Positions 6,956 to 16,558 of a stretch of DNA of 64,000 nucleotides are shown piece after piece; within the stretch, counting starts at the first letter, position 1; each line of letters starts with the position of its first letter. The notes under the pieces were generated by a model. It was not told where the DNA came from, searched no databases, and was given only the letters and a program-made list of their open reading frames with translations. Position numbers and translations under genes: made by a program. Source of the DNA: a virus; the IMG/VR virus record IMGVR_UViG_3300031521_000025, positions 1 to 64,000 of that record, one strand, 5' to 3'.

Positions 6956-9496
6956 TGCGCGGCTATCTCATGGATGACTGATATTTGGGCATCGGCAGGT
7001 CTTACTTTAACTAGATCTCAAGGGAGTTGTATCATAATTTCTTGTGTTACAGATGATACTTATGTCTTTACAGATAATGGTATTCAACAAATAAAAGATT
7101 TTATTCCAGAAGATATTGATTGTTCAAAGAAACAAACATGCGAAATAGAGCAATATAATGTTAGAGGAAAAGATATTAAACGCCAAGGTAGTCTTTTTCA
7201 TGTTAATGGTTATTGTGATACAAGAAAAATTACAACAAGTTTTAACTCTGTTGAAAGTAGTAACGAACATAAATATTGGTCATATAAAAATGGAGAATAT
7301 CAATGGACTAAAGCTAAAGAATTAGAAGTAGGAGATTGGTTATGTCACCAATATGGAACAGATTGTTGGGGGAATAATGATGATATTTCCGATTTTGTTA
7401 ATAAGTTAGGAAATGGTAGAAAAGAAGTTAATATTCCAAACTTTTTAACACCTGATTGGTGTTATTTTCTAGGTTTATATATAACAAAAGGGTCGTCGAG
7501 TCATAAGAGTATAACTATATCTTGTGGAGATGGAATTACTGAAATATTTGATAAATTAGGGTTAAGTTACTATAAAAACCCTAGTAATATAGGTGTATCT
7601 TATGAAATTTGCAGAAAAATTTTAATAGAGTTTTTAGAATATTTAGGATTTGATCTTAGTTATACAGCTTCAAAAAAACAAATACCTAAAAGACTAATGT
7701 CTATTAGTAAAGAAAACATGAAAGCTTTACTACAAGGTATATTCGATGGAGATGGTTATTCTACTATAAAAAAGAATAGAGTAGGTATAAATTTAAAATC
7801 ACCTTTGCTTATTGAGCAAATTAGAATTATATTATCTAATTTCGGAATTTTATCTTTGCTATCAATAATTCCGGTAGAAAAAATGAATTCTTATTATAGC
7901 AAAAAAGGAATAGTTCATAGATTTGATTCTCATAATTTAGAAATAGATGGTTTTTTTGCAACAAAGTTTCATGATGAAATAGGATTCAGGTTAGAAAGGA
8001 AGGCTAATACTAGAAAATCAAACAAAGAAGTATTTGCTAGACCAATTCCTAGCGGGATGAAAATTGTAAGAGAATTATGCAAAATAGGAAAAACTTCTGT
8101 AGATACAATTAGAACAAAACACAAAATTTATATTCATTACAATAGTAATCCTGGAAGAGCAAATATAGAAAAATTAATTAATCATATTTCATCGACCAAT
8201 GAAGATTTTTTAAACAATGAAAGAGTAAAAGAAATACAAGATAAAGTTTTAATTGAAAATTCGGTATGGACTCAAATCAAATCTATAGAAGAAAAACAGA
8301 ACTATACTTATGATTTTTCTTTACCTGAAACAAATGATGTAAACTGGTGTCATTCAGTGGTTTACAATTCAATAATCTCCCATAACACACCAAAAGGTAG
8401 CCAAGGATGGTACTTTGACCAGTATACAAACGCTGAAGAAAACGGCTGGAATATAATTGATGCACACTGGACTGAGCATCCGATTTATAACTTAGGTTTA
8501 TATAGATGGAAAATAGATAAAAATCATCCGGATGGAGGCACTTTAGAATTCATGAACGGAGATTCTTGGCCTGATATGACTAATAAAAAAAATGTTCAAC
8601 GTTATAAATGTAAATGCAAAGAGGAATATAATTTTATTAAAGATGGAAAAATAAGAAGTCCATGGTATGATATAGAAGCAAAAAAACTAGGCCCAAGACT
8701 AACTCGTTGTGAATTAGATTGCAGTTTTGCAGGTTCTGGTGGTGAAGTCTTAGATCCAGAAGTTATTAGAGAGCACGAGTTAATTGCGAAAGATATCCCT
8801 CAAATAAATGAAGTTAAAAGTGGCCCTTACAAAAATTACAAACAATACAAACCATATGTTGAAGGGTGTAAATATATTCTTGTTTCTGACGTTGCAACAG
8901 GAGATGGGTCGGATTATTCCACCTTTGTAATCATTAATTTAACTACTTTTGAAATTGTAGCTACTTATAAAGATCAATTTGAAACAACAAAATTTGCAGA
9001 AATAATATTCGAAAAAGCAAAAGAATATGGCAAAGCTTTAGTAATTATAGAACATCAGTTTGGTTTATCTGTTTTGTTAGTGTTAAGAGATTTTTATAAA
9101 TATACTAACATATTTTACTCTACTCTTAAAAAAGATGATCCTACAACTAAAGATAAAAAAAGAAAAATTGGATTTTGGCAATCAGAAAAAACTAGAGCAT
9201 TAGGTGGAGATAAACTTGAAGAAGTTTTAAGAACTAAAGAATTAATTATTCCTTGTACAATGATTATTAATGAAATGTACACATGGGTTTGGAGTAAAAG
9301 AGGAAGAAGAGACCATGCTGAAGGAAAACATGATGACCTACTTATGAGTTTAACAATGGCGTGTTTTTATATATTCTTCATAGAAAGAAAACAAGCTGAC
9401 TATAGAGATGGTATGTTAAAAACAATTGAAAGAAATTTTGTTAACTTAGGAAGCACTTATTCAGATGATAGTTATTTTGATCAATTATTAGAATAA
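6515..9496 (+). CDS. terL: Terminase large subunit C-part: IntC + 29-aa extein + LAGLIDADG intein + ATPase end/nuclease domain
   Basis: GTG start; IntC ends VSSN/C; IIIS/[intein]/TPKG coupling motif; nuclease motifs SDVATGDGSDYS and HDDLLMS. Confidence 0.9.
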   Translation: MDYNELQKYIEENNVDLPEDGDEIDFNVIDIDNVNAQDSKEIKKISEWEVLTPTGWSDFSSIKKITKPYCYEIKLSNGKELTGSPYHKIKMLDDSFQYLKFVKKGDLLVSGSKIISKKKIVKEIELFDLLDVEKGSEYFTNEIVSSNCAAISWMTDIWASAGLTLTRSQGSCIIISCVTDDTYVFTDNGIQQIKDFIPEDIDCSKKQTCEIEQYNVRGKDIKRQGSLFHVNGYCDTRKITTSFNSVESSNEHKYWSYKNGEYQWTKAKELEVGDWLCHQYGTDCWGNNDDISDFVNKLGNGRKEVNIPNFLTPDWCYFLGLYITKGSSSHKSITISCGDGITEIFDKLGLSYYKNPSNIGVSYEICRKILIEFLEYLGFDLSYTASKKQIPKRLMSISKENMKALLQGIFDGDGYSTIKKNRVGINLKSPLLIEQIRIILSNFGILSLLSIIPVEKMNSYYSKKGIVHRFDSHNLEIDGFFATKFHDEIGFRLERKANTRKSNKEVFARPIPSGMKIVRELCKIGKTSVDTIRTKHKIYIHYNSNPGRANIEKLINHISSTNEDFLNNERVKEIQDKVLIENSVWTQIKSIEEKQNYTYDFSLPETNDVNWCHSVVYNSIISHNTPKGSQGWYFDQYTNAEENGWNIIDAHWTEHPIYNLGLYRWKIDKNHPDGGTLEFMNGDSWPDMTNKKNVQRYKCKCKEEYNFIKDGKIRSPWYDIEAKKLGPRLTRCELDCSFAGSGGEVLDPEVIREHELIAKDIPQINEVKSGPYKNYKQYKPYVEGCKYILVSDVATGDGSDYSTFVIINLTTFEIVATYKDQFETTKFAEIIFEKAKEYGKALVIIEHQFGLSVLLVLRDFYKYTNIFYSTLKKDDPTTKDKKRKIGFWQSEKTRALGGDKLEEVLRTKELIIPCTMIINEMYTWVWSKRGRRDHAEGKHDDLLMSLTMACFYIFFIERKQADYRDGMLKTIERNFVNLGSTYSDDSYFDQLLE
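7043..8386 (+). mobile_element. Cis-splicing intein (448 aa) with LAGLIDADG endonuclease domain in terL
   Basis: Starts CVTDDTYV, ends IISHN/T; LAGLIDADG-like YFLGLYITKG and LLQGIFDGDG. Confidence 0.92.
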
Positions 9497-9558
9497 AATA
9501 TTTAGACTTTAAAAAGATAGAAACCAAACTTAATCAATATTTAAAATAAAATATATAA

Positions 9559-10008
9559 ATGGAAATAACATCGCAAAATTATATTAACCCACAATTTGAA
9601 GAACAAAGTTATGTAATTCTTAATATGGTTTTAGCAGCAGCAAAGAGATCAGAGCCAAAGTTAAATACAACAAATAGTTTATCTGAGAAAGATGAAAAGG
9701 TTATGGTTGATTTTGGCGCTAAAGTTTTAAAAGGAAATACAACCGCAGAGTTATATGCAAATAAATTTATTTCTATAGTAGAAAAAATAATAGGTGGAAA
9801 GATTTCTGAAAAAGACTATTTAAAAACTAAAATACAAAATTACATCAAAAGAGATTTTTTAGAAGATAAAAACAATATATTAGAACTTTCATTGTTGAAA
9901 GAAAAACTTGAGAGAATGAGTAAAAAAAAGGTTATAATAGGAGAAGATACAGGTAGTTTGGGGTTTAAAGAAAAAATCAAAACATTGTTTAAAGAAAATT
10001 ATTGTTAG
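9559..10008 (+). CDS. Hypothetical protein carrying the shared 18-aa motif near its C-terminus
   Basis: LLKEKLERMSKKKVIIGE; ATATTTAA at 9537. Confidence 0.6.
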   Translation: MEITSQNYINPQFEEQSYVILNMVLAAAKRSEPKLNTTNSLSEKDEKVMVDFGAKVLKGNTTAELYANKFISIVEKIIGGKISEKDYLKTKIQNYIKRDFLEDKNNILELSLLKEKLERMSKKKVIIGEDTGSLGFKEKIKTLFKENYC

Positions 10009-10040
10009 TAAAAAAAATAACTTATTTTAATAATAAAAGT

Positions 10041-10319
10041 ATGAATAAAATTATTTTAGTGTGTTATGTTAACACAGCAGGATTAACAACTCAAGAAGCA
10101 TATGAGGTTATTAAAAAAGTAAGAAAAGAACTTAATCTTTTTCATGTTGAAGATATAATTCATTATGTTATTCCAAACACTATAGGAGATAGTAGAATTG
10201 AATGTATAAACCCAACTATAGTTTCAGAAGTTGATTATAGTTTAGTGAAAAAAAGGCTTGATAAAATTACAAAAGATTTTGAAGAGAGTTTAGAGAGAAT
10301 AAAAAAGGAAGTTAATTAA
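10041..10319 (+). CDS. Hypothetical protein
   Basis: ATG at 10041 preferred over the TTG at 10002. Confidence 0.6.
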   Translation: MNKIILVCYVNTAGLTTQEAYEVIKKVRKELNLFHVEDIIHYVIPNTIGDSRIECINPTIVSEVDYSLVKKRLDKITKDFEESLERIKKEVN

Positions 10320-10333
10320 CTTCCTTTTTTTTT
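10301..10333. terminator. Bidirectional terminator (perfect 30-bp palindrome)
   Basis: AAAAAAGGAAGTTAA/TTAACTTCCTTTTTT between convergent genes. Confidence 0.8.
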
Positions 10334-10335
10334 GT

Positions 10336-10668
10336 TTAATATTTTAAATGTTCTATTTGTTTTTGAAAGAAAATATTTTCATTTGCTAATACTTTAAAAG
10401 CTCTTTCATAATTTTCACATAATTTTAAAAAATCATTTGCTTCTTTATTTGTCAAATAAAACCATTCTCCTCTTTTGTGTGATCCGAAATATCTTTTATG
10501 TAAATTGGTTTCTATTTTAGTGGAAAATTCAGATTTAAATTTATTTACAATAACTAAAGTTTCACTATTACCTGTTTGTAAAGTTTTTATTCTTTTTTCA
10601 GGTTTAACACCAACCCCAATTTTGTATTCTTCAGTTCCTTCTTTATTAATTAAATAAACATATCTCAT
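10336..10668 (-). CDS. GIY-YIG superfamily protein (T5orf172/MUG113-like)
   Basis: YVYLI...YKIG...RIKTLQTGN...E..LH...GEWF. Confidence 0.8.
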   Translation of the reverse strand: MRYVYLINKEGTEEYKIGVGVKPEKRIKTLQTGNSETLVIVNKFKSEFSTKIETNLHKRYFGSHKRGEWFYLTNKEANDFLKLCENYERAFKVLANENIFFQKQIEHLKY

Positions 10669-10692
10669 ATTTTATAAAATAAGATATTAAAG

Positions 10693-11265
10693 TTAATTTT
10701 CGTTAAAATATTTAATTATATTTTTAAAATCATTAAAATCTTCAATCAAATGCCCACTAAGTTTTATATCACCATTAGGATATATTAATGCTAGTTTTGA
10801 AAGGTTTTTTACGACGATTTCGCAAGCTAAAATGTCACTACTTAGTTTTTTTATATTAGAAATTTTTAGTTTTATTTGAGCAGCCCAAGTTTTTATATTT
10901 TCTTTTGATAATTCTTGATCTACTAAAACTTCTTCTTCGTTTTCATTACTTTCAGGAATTTCTACGTTGAAATCACCATCTTCAGATTCAGTTATATTAA
11001 TATCTGCAGTTTCTGAAACATCTCCTAATTTTTTTGTGTCAATTTTATCCAAAACTTCTGCGGAAACATTAATATTTTCTACAAGAACATCTTCTAAATC
11101 GAAAATAACTTCTTGATCGTCTCTTACAGTTTTTCCAACCACAGTATTATCTCCTGTAATTTTTTCTGGAATTATTTTATAAAAATTAACTATATTTCCT
11201 TTACTAACAGAAATTCTAATAGGCTTTTTTTCTTCAATAGCTGTAAATATCTTTTTTCTATCCAT
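10693..11265 (-). CDS. Hypothetical protein, possible WYL-like N-terminal domain
   Basis: AIEEKKPIRI...IIPEKI...IFDLEDV pattern resembles the WYL fold; weak. Confidence 0.4.
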   Translation of the reverse strand: MDRKKIFTAIEEKKPIRISVSKGNIVNFYKIIPEKITGDNTVVGKTVRDDQEVIFDLEDVLVENINVSAEVLDKIDTKKLGDVSETADINITESEDGDFNVEIPESNENEEEVLVDQELSKENIKTWAAQIKLKISNIKKLSSDILACEIVVKNLSKLALIYPNGDIKLSGHLIEDFNDFKNIIKYFNEN

Positions 11266-11346
11266 TTTAGTGTATTTTTCTTTTAAATATTAAATTTTTA
11301 AAAAAAAATTACTTATATTAAAGTTAAAGTTAAACAAATAAATAAA

Positions 11347-12276
11347 ATGGGATTAGATAAAAAATACGACGCAGGGTTAGTAGTTGATAAAAACTACATT
11401 GCAACTCTTCCAGATTTACAAAATTCAGGAAACATTCACATTCAAGGGCAAAATGTGAAAATTCAAAGAGTAGGGATTCATAATTTTAACTTACCTTTAA
11501 ACTTTCAAACGAAAGAAGGTAATACAATTAATTTGAAAACATCTATTTGTGGATCAGTATCTCTTGAGGCTGACAAAAAAGGAATTAACATGAGTAGAAT
11601 TGTTAGAACTTTTTATGAATATGAAAACCAAGTTTTCAATTTATCATTATTAGAAGATATTTTGAAAAAATACAAAGAAGAACTTGATACTTTTGAAGCT
11701 TCGATTTCTTTAAATTTTTCTTATCCTATTAAGCAAAAATCTTTAAGATCAAGTCTTGACGGTTGGCAATATTACAATGTAACACTTGAAGGAAAGCTAA
11801 ACCAAAAAGGAGATTTTGATAAGTTTATTCATTTTGATTTTATTTACTCAAGTGCATGTCCATGTTCTTATGAGTTAGGAAGACATGCTACTAAAGAAAG
11901 AAACAAAGCAGTAGTTCCTCATTCTCAAAGAAGTACAGCAAGAGTTTCTGTAAAGTTTGATGGGTTTGTTTGGATTGAAGATTTACAACAAATTTGTTTA
12001 GAAGCTTTAAAAACAGAAACACAAGTTATGGTTAAAAGAGAAGACGAACAAGCTTTTGCTGAACTAAACGGATCTTATTTAAAATTTGTAGAAGATGCTG
12101 CAAGACTTCTTTATCAAGAATTAGTTAAAGAAGAAAAGATTACAGATTTTAAAGTTATTTGTTCACACGCTGAATCTCTTCATAACCACAATGCAATCAG
12201 CGTAATTGTTAAAGGTGTTGAAAACGGTTTTAAAGATGATGTTGATTACAATGTTTTTAATTCACTAATTAATTAA
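11347..12276 (+). CDS. folE2: GTP cyclohydrolase I type B (FolE2/MptA family)
   Basis: KGINMSR, SACPCS, PHSQRS, VKREDE, FVEDAAR, ESLHNHNA motifs. Confidence 0.93.
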   Translation: MGLDKKYDAGLVVDKNYIATLPDLQNSGNIHIQGQNVKIQRVGIHNFNLPLNFQTKEGNTINLKTSICGSVSLEADKKGINMSRIVRTFYEYENQVFNLSLLEDILKKYKEELDTFEASISLNFSYPIKQKSLRSSLDGWQYYNVTLEGKLNQKGDFDKFIHFDFIYSSACPCSYELGRHATKERNKAVVPHSQRSTARVSVKFDGFVWIEDLQQICLEALKTETQVMVKREDEQAFAELNGSYLKFVEDAARLLYQELVKEEKITDFKVICSHAESLHNHNAISVIVKGVENGFKDDVDYNVFNSLIN

Positions 12277-12301
12277 TTCAAACCTAAAAAGCCACTAACC
12301 A

Positions 12302-12649
12302 ATGTTTAAAGCACTCGAGCCTTATTTTAAAGAAAACAATGTTTCTTTAAAGCATCAAAAAAGTATTGTTTTTTATTTAGAGCAATATAACCGCGACAAT
12401 ACTAAACAAACTTTTAAAGATTACTGCGAAGTACTTATAAAAAATAGAGTTTTTTCAAAAATAAAAAAAGACCAAATAGATAATTGTGCAAACGAAACAT
12501 TTACAGGTTTAATTATATTAATTTTCCCAGATTGGGATATCAAACAATTAGAGTTTGAAGTCAAAGTTGATGATATCAATAAAACAGTGAAAATAGTTGA
12601 AAAAAACGAATTAGCAAATAGACTTTTTAATACAATAATTAATTTTTAA
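12302..12649 (+). CDS. Hypothetical protein
   Basis: 115-aa ORF in operon. Confidence 0.6.
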   Translation: MFKALEPYFKENNVSLKHQKSIVFYLEQYNRDNTKQTFKDYCEVLIKNRVFSKIKKDQIDNCANETFTGLIILIFPDWDIKQLEFEVKVDDINKTVKIVEKNELANRLFNTIINF

Positions 12650-12652
12650 AAA

Positions 12653-13192
12653 ATGGAATTACAAGAATTAAATGTTAGTTTAATAAACACTAAAGACGAA
12701 ATATGTCAAAAATTTGGTTTTACTTGCACTCAAGTTCCGATTGCAAATTGGCCTTCAGACGACACTAAGTTTTTATTAGCTGACGAAGTATTTGAAATAG
12801 CAAAGCAATTAATAGAAAGATTCAGACCAGATTTGAGATCTTACACTATTGGTTATGTGTTTAAACAAAAAGCTTCAAAAAAAGGAGATGGTTATACTTT
12901 AGGTCAAGCAAAAGTTGAAAGTGACTTGCAAAAAACTTTACATGGTTATGATGCAACTATAATTATAGGTTTTGATACATGGTTAGAGTTAGAGATAGAT
13001 CAAAAGTTTAGACTAATTCATCATGAGTTACAACATTACGAAGTAGATCCTGAAAAAGATAAACTTGTTATAGTTGACCATGTTACAAAAGAATTTCCAG
13101 CTACTATTGAAATATTTGGACCAGGAGATGATTCAGATGTGGCTTTTATTAGAGCTTATCAAAAGTTTCAAAAAGATAATGGAAGATTCTAA
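12653..13192 (+). CDS. Putative phage metallopeptidase
   Basis: HHELQH (HExxH) plus downstream DH..EF. Confidence 0.7.
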   Translation: MELQELNVSLINTKDEICQKFGFTCTQVPIANWPSDDTKFLLADEVFEIAKQLIERFRPDLRSYTIGYVFKQKASKKGDGYTLGQAKVESDLQKTLHGYDATIIIGFDTWLELEIDQKFRLIHHELQHYEVDPEKDKLVIVDHVTKEFPATIEIFGPGDDSDVAFIRAYQKFQKDNGRF

Positions 13193-14166
13193 TGTCGGAT
13201 TCAGTAATAGTACAAAATAATATTGATTTGAGAAAGAAACAACATATTTCTTTCTCAGAATATTATTTATATAGACAATGCCCATTTAGATGGTATCTTC
13301 AATATTATTTAGGAATAAAAGAGCCTGCAAACGAGTTTTTAGTATTCGGCAGTGCAATTCATGAATCAATTGAAGAAATTCTTAAAGATTCGTCGAAAAA
13401 AGACAAAATAGGTGACATTTTAAGAGAAAAAATTAAAGAAAATAGTAATTCTACAATGGCAAATTCTTTTTTTGGAAAGAATATGGCAAAAGATGGAGTT
13501 GATATTCTTAAAAAGTTAAATTTTTATGAAAGATTTAGAGGAATAGATATTGCAGGTATAGAGGATGATCTTTATTTACCTTTAGTAGAAGTTAACGGAA
13601 TTCAAATTTATTTCAAAGGATTTATAGATTTCTTAGGACAGTATCAAAAAGAAGATAGATATATTGTTTTAGATTGGAAAAGCGCAATTAAAGAATGGAA
13701 TCTTGAGAAAAAAATTGGAACAATACCTTTTTCTGAAATAAATAAAAAAATAAAGAACAATGAAGAGTTAACTAGAGAAGAATACGAAAGTTTAAGTGCT
13801 AAATACTTCTTTGGACAAACTGCTTTGTATCAACATTTTACTTCTGAAAAATACGAAATTGATGTAAATAAAATTGATGTTGAATATTGTACTTTAATTA
13901 GACAACCAGCTGATGTTAAAGAATATAGAATTAATGTTACTGATGAATTTAGAGAATGGGCATTAGAAGATATTAAAAAGGTTGCAAAAGAAATTTATAC
14001 TTTTAAAGAAGGTCAATTCCTAAATAAAGTTAAAATTGAAAGAAAACTAAAAAAATATTGCGGATTTTGTTTTTACAAAAAAGACATCTGTAATGATTGC
14101 GAAAAACAATCTTTAAGTAAAGAAGAAGTTAAAATAATAGAAGAAAATTTACAAAAAAATGGATAG
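13192..14166 (+). CDS. Cas4/RecB-like PD-(D/E)XK exonuclease
   Basis: ISFS..Y.QCP, FGSAIHE, KGFID, LDWKS, Q..LY, C-terminal CGFC...C. Confidence 0.85.
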   Translation: MSDSVIVQNNIDLRKKQHISFSEYYLYRQCPFRWYLQYYLGIKEPANEFLVFGSAIHESIEEILKDSSKKDKIGDILREKIKENSNSTMANSFFGKNMAKDGVDILKKLNFYERFRGIDIAGIEDDLYLPLVEVNGIQIYFKGFIDFLGQYQKEDRYIVLDWKSAIKEWNLEKKIGTIPFSEINKKIKNNEELTREEYESLSAKYFFGQTALYQHFTSEKYEIDVNKIDVEYCTLIRQPADVKEYRINVTDEFREWALEDIKKVAKEIYTFKEGQFLNKVKIERKLKKYCGFCFYKKDICNDCEKQSLSKEEVKIIEENLQKNG

Positions 14167-14791
14167 AAGAAAAGTAGGAATAGTTATAGATTTCACATTA
14201 AGATTTCCTGAGTTTGTTTCATGTTATAATTTAATGAAACAAGAAGTTATTAACGGAGAATTATCAGGAAACACAGATGATGATGAAATTAATATAGATG
14301 CCACATATTTTAAAAATTTAAGCAAAAAATGTAGAGAAGCTTATGATTTTTATTTAAACACACCAACTCCAGAGTATAATGACTCTTTTGATTACAGTTT
14401 TAGAAACTATTTCTTTTGTCAAAAGGATTTAGAAAAGTTTTTAGAAAACTGGTCTTTTAATTTATATGCATCTATTGATACTTTAAGAAAGAATAATGTA
14501 GAGTTTATTAACATATGTCAAAGTAAATTATGTGATGTAGTTTTAATCGATAAAACAGTTAATACTAGAAAAATTCCTATAACATTAAGTTTTTTAAGCA
14601 AATCAAGAGTTTTCTTTAAAGAGTTAGTATGGATAAAATCAGGAAACGAATTAAGAAATTTAAGAAAAGATTTATTTGATTTATTCGATCCAACAGAGCA
14701 ATTTGAAAATAAAAAAATTGATTACACAGCAAAAGAAAATAAATTATTAAATTGGTTACAAGAATTAGAAGTAAAATTAAATAAAGAATAA
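14159..14791 (+). CDS. Hypothetical protein
   Basis: 210-aa ORF overlapping upstream stop. Confidence 0.6.
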   Translation: MDRRKVGIVIDFTLRFPEFVSCYNLMKQEVINGELSGNTDDDEINIDATYFKNLSKKCREAYDFYLNTPTPEYNDSFDYSFRNYFFCQKDLEKFLENWSFNLYASIDTLRKNNVEFINICQSKLCDVVLIDKTVNTRKIPITLSFLSKSRVFFKELVWIKSGNELRNLRKDLFDLFDPTEQFENKKIDYTAKENKLLNWLQELEVKLNKE

Positions 14792-14796
14792 AAAAA

Positions 14797-15996
14797 ATGA
14801 AAATAAAAAAAGATAAAAAATCAGAATTTGTTAAAGAGTTAGAAAGCTCAAAAAAAAGACAATATGATAAAAGTTTACCTTTAGAAGTAAGGCAAGAAAA
14901 AAGATATGACAAATTAGATGTTATATTTGAAGAAATTGCTAATAAAGAGAATAAATATTTGTTATATTGCCCAGATATTCCTTTTGCTTGTTCTTTAGTA
15001 AAAATAATTTACGAATACGCAAAAATAATGAAAGATGCAGGATTTAACGTTGTTGTTCTTCATGAAGTTGACGGGTTTGTTCCTAAATGGTTAGATTTCG
15101 AATGGGTAAAAGACATCCCAAAAGGATATTTAAGTTCAAAAAAAGAAAGAACTCAACCTGAATGGAAATTTGCTCCATCTGACACAATTATTATACCTGA
15201 AGGGTTCTTTTCTATAATGAAAAGTTTTTACCAGTTTAATCCTTTACATAAAGTTGTTTTAGCTTTAGGATATAACGGTTTAGCTTCTATGGAGCCAGGA
15301 GTTAACTGGGGTGTTTTAGGCTTTAAAGATGTAATTTGTATTTCTGAAGACATAAAAGACAAATACCAACAAGTTTTCCCAGCATTAAATTATTACGTAA
15401 CAAGTTATGTAGTTAACGAAGAATTACTTACTCCAGTAAATTCAAACGAAGTTGCTCCTACAATAGGTTTAATGATTAGAGATAGAGAGTTAGCTTCTAA
15501 AATTGTAAATATTTTTACAAACAAATACCCTCATTTTAATTATTTCCAATTTAAAGTGTTAAAAAAACAAACAGTTAAACAATACTGTGAAGAATTAAGA
15601 AAATGTGCAGTTATTGTGTTTGCTGATGATAAAAGTGCTATTCCTGCTCCTCTTGTAGAAGCTGTTTGTGCAAAAGTTCCTGTTATAACACATCAAAATA
15701 ATTTCTTGAAAACTTTCGTAGGAATTGAAAGTTTTAACGTAATAGATATCAGTGATGAATTTGCTTTCGCAGATTATTTAGCAGAATTTTGCAACTTATG
15801 GAGTAGCAACTCTACAGCGTTGTTTCAAACAACAGGTTCTTCTGCTGATTTAATCATAGATAACTTCAGAGAAAGTAATGTTAAAGAAAGTTTAATTAAA
15901 GTTGTTAATTTACTTCAAGAAGAAAAAATTAAAACATTTACAGCTATTGACGAAATGGTTCAAAAAGGAGAATTAGATAATTACGAAAAAAAATAA
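14797..15996 (+). CDS. Putative glycosyltransferase (GT-B-like)
   Basis: D.IIIPE motif, C-terminal PAPLVEAVCAKVPVI resembling GT4 motif. Confidence 0.6.
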   Translation: MKIKKDKKSEFVKELESSKKRQYDKSLPLEVRQEKRYDKLDVIFEEIANKENKYLLYCPDIPFACSLVKIIYEYAKIMKDAGFNVVVLHEVDGFVPKWLDFEWVKDIPKGYLSSKKERTQPEWKFAPSDTIIIPEGFFSIMKSFYQFNPLHKVVLALGYNGLASMEPGVNWGVLGFKDVICISEDIKDKYQQVFPALNYYVTSYVVNEELLTPVNSNEVAPTIGLMIRDRELASKIVNIFTNKYPHFNYFQFKVLKKQTVKQYCEELRKCAVIVFADDKSAIPAPLVEAVCAKVPVITHQNNFLKTFVGIESFNVIDISDEFAFADYLAEFCNLWSSNSTALFQTTGSSADLIIDNFRESNVKESLIKVVNLLQEEKIKTFTAIDEMVQKGELDNYEKK

Positions 15997-15999
15997 AAA

Positions 16000-16557
16000 A
16001 TGGCAAAGAAAAATGAAAAAAAATCTGTATTTTCAGATACAGAAGAAATTATAAAAGCACATGTTGAGTCTGAAAATACTAAAGTTGTTGATTTTACATC
16101 TCCAGAAGATTTAATTTCTGAAGAATTAGAAGAACTTCCAAGTACTCCTTCTTTATCTGTAAAGCAAATAACAGATAATTTATCTTTTGATCTACCAACT
16201 TCAGAAGAATTAGCTGAAATTATGAAAAAACTTGAAGAAGAAGATAAAGATTTTATAAACGAAGATGGTGATGAAGACGAAGAAGATGATGATAAAAATG
16301 TTTCGTTAACAGAGCAAGTTGTAACAACAAATTATTATTCAAACAACAATCAAAGCGCTTTTAATGCAAAATCAGAAAACGCAAGAACAGCAAAAGAAGA
16401 GTTAGAAGAATATAAAAAAGGAATACAGGATTTAATAAATTCACATGGTTATTCTTTTTTTAAAGCAAAAGAAATATACGAAAACTCTTTGAAACAAACA
16501 AGTTCAAACCAAGAAACAGGAAATAAAATAGTACAAATAATTAGAGTAAATAATTAA
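16000..16557 (+). CDS. Acidic hypothetical protein
   Basis: 185-aa low-complexity acidic ORF. Confidence 0.55.
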   Translation: MAKKNEKKSVFSDTEEIIKAHVESENTKVVDFTSPEDLISEELEELPSTPSLSVKQITDNLSFDLPTSEELAEIMKKLEEEDKDFINEDGDEDEEDDDKNVSLTEQVVTTNYYSNNNQSAFNAKSENARTAKEELEEYKKGIQDLINSHGYSFFKAKEIYENSLKQTSSNQETGNKIVQIIRVNN

Positions 16558-16558
16558 A

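Noticed and set aside
4941-9496. terL as a pseudogene, intron-split gene or TAG read-through product
   Set aside because: Reading through TAG 5565 hits TAA six codons later; the intervening DNA holds two intact ORFs and no evident group I/II intron structure; intein motifs at both junctions explain the split.
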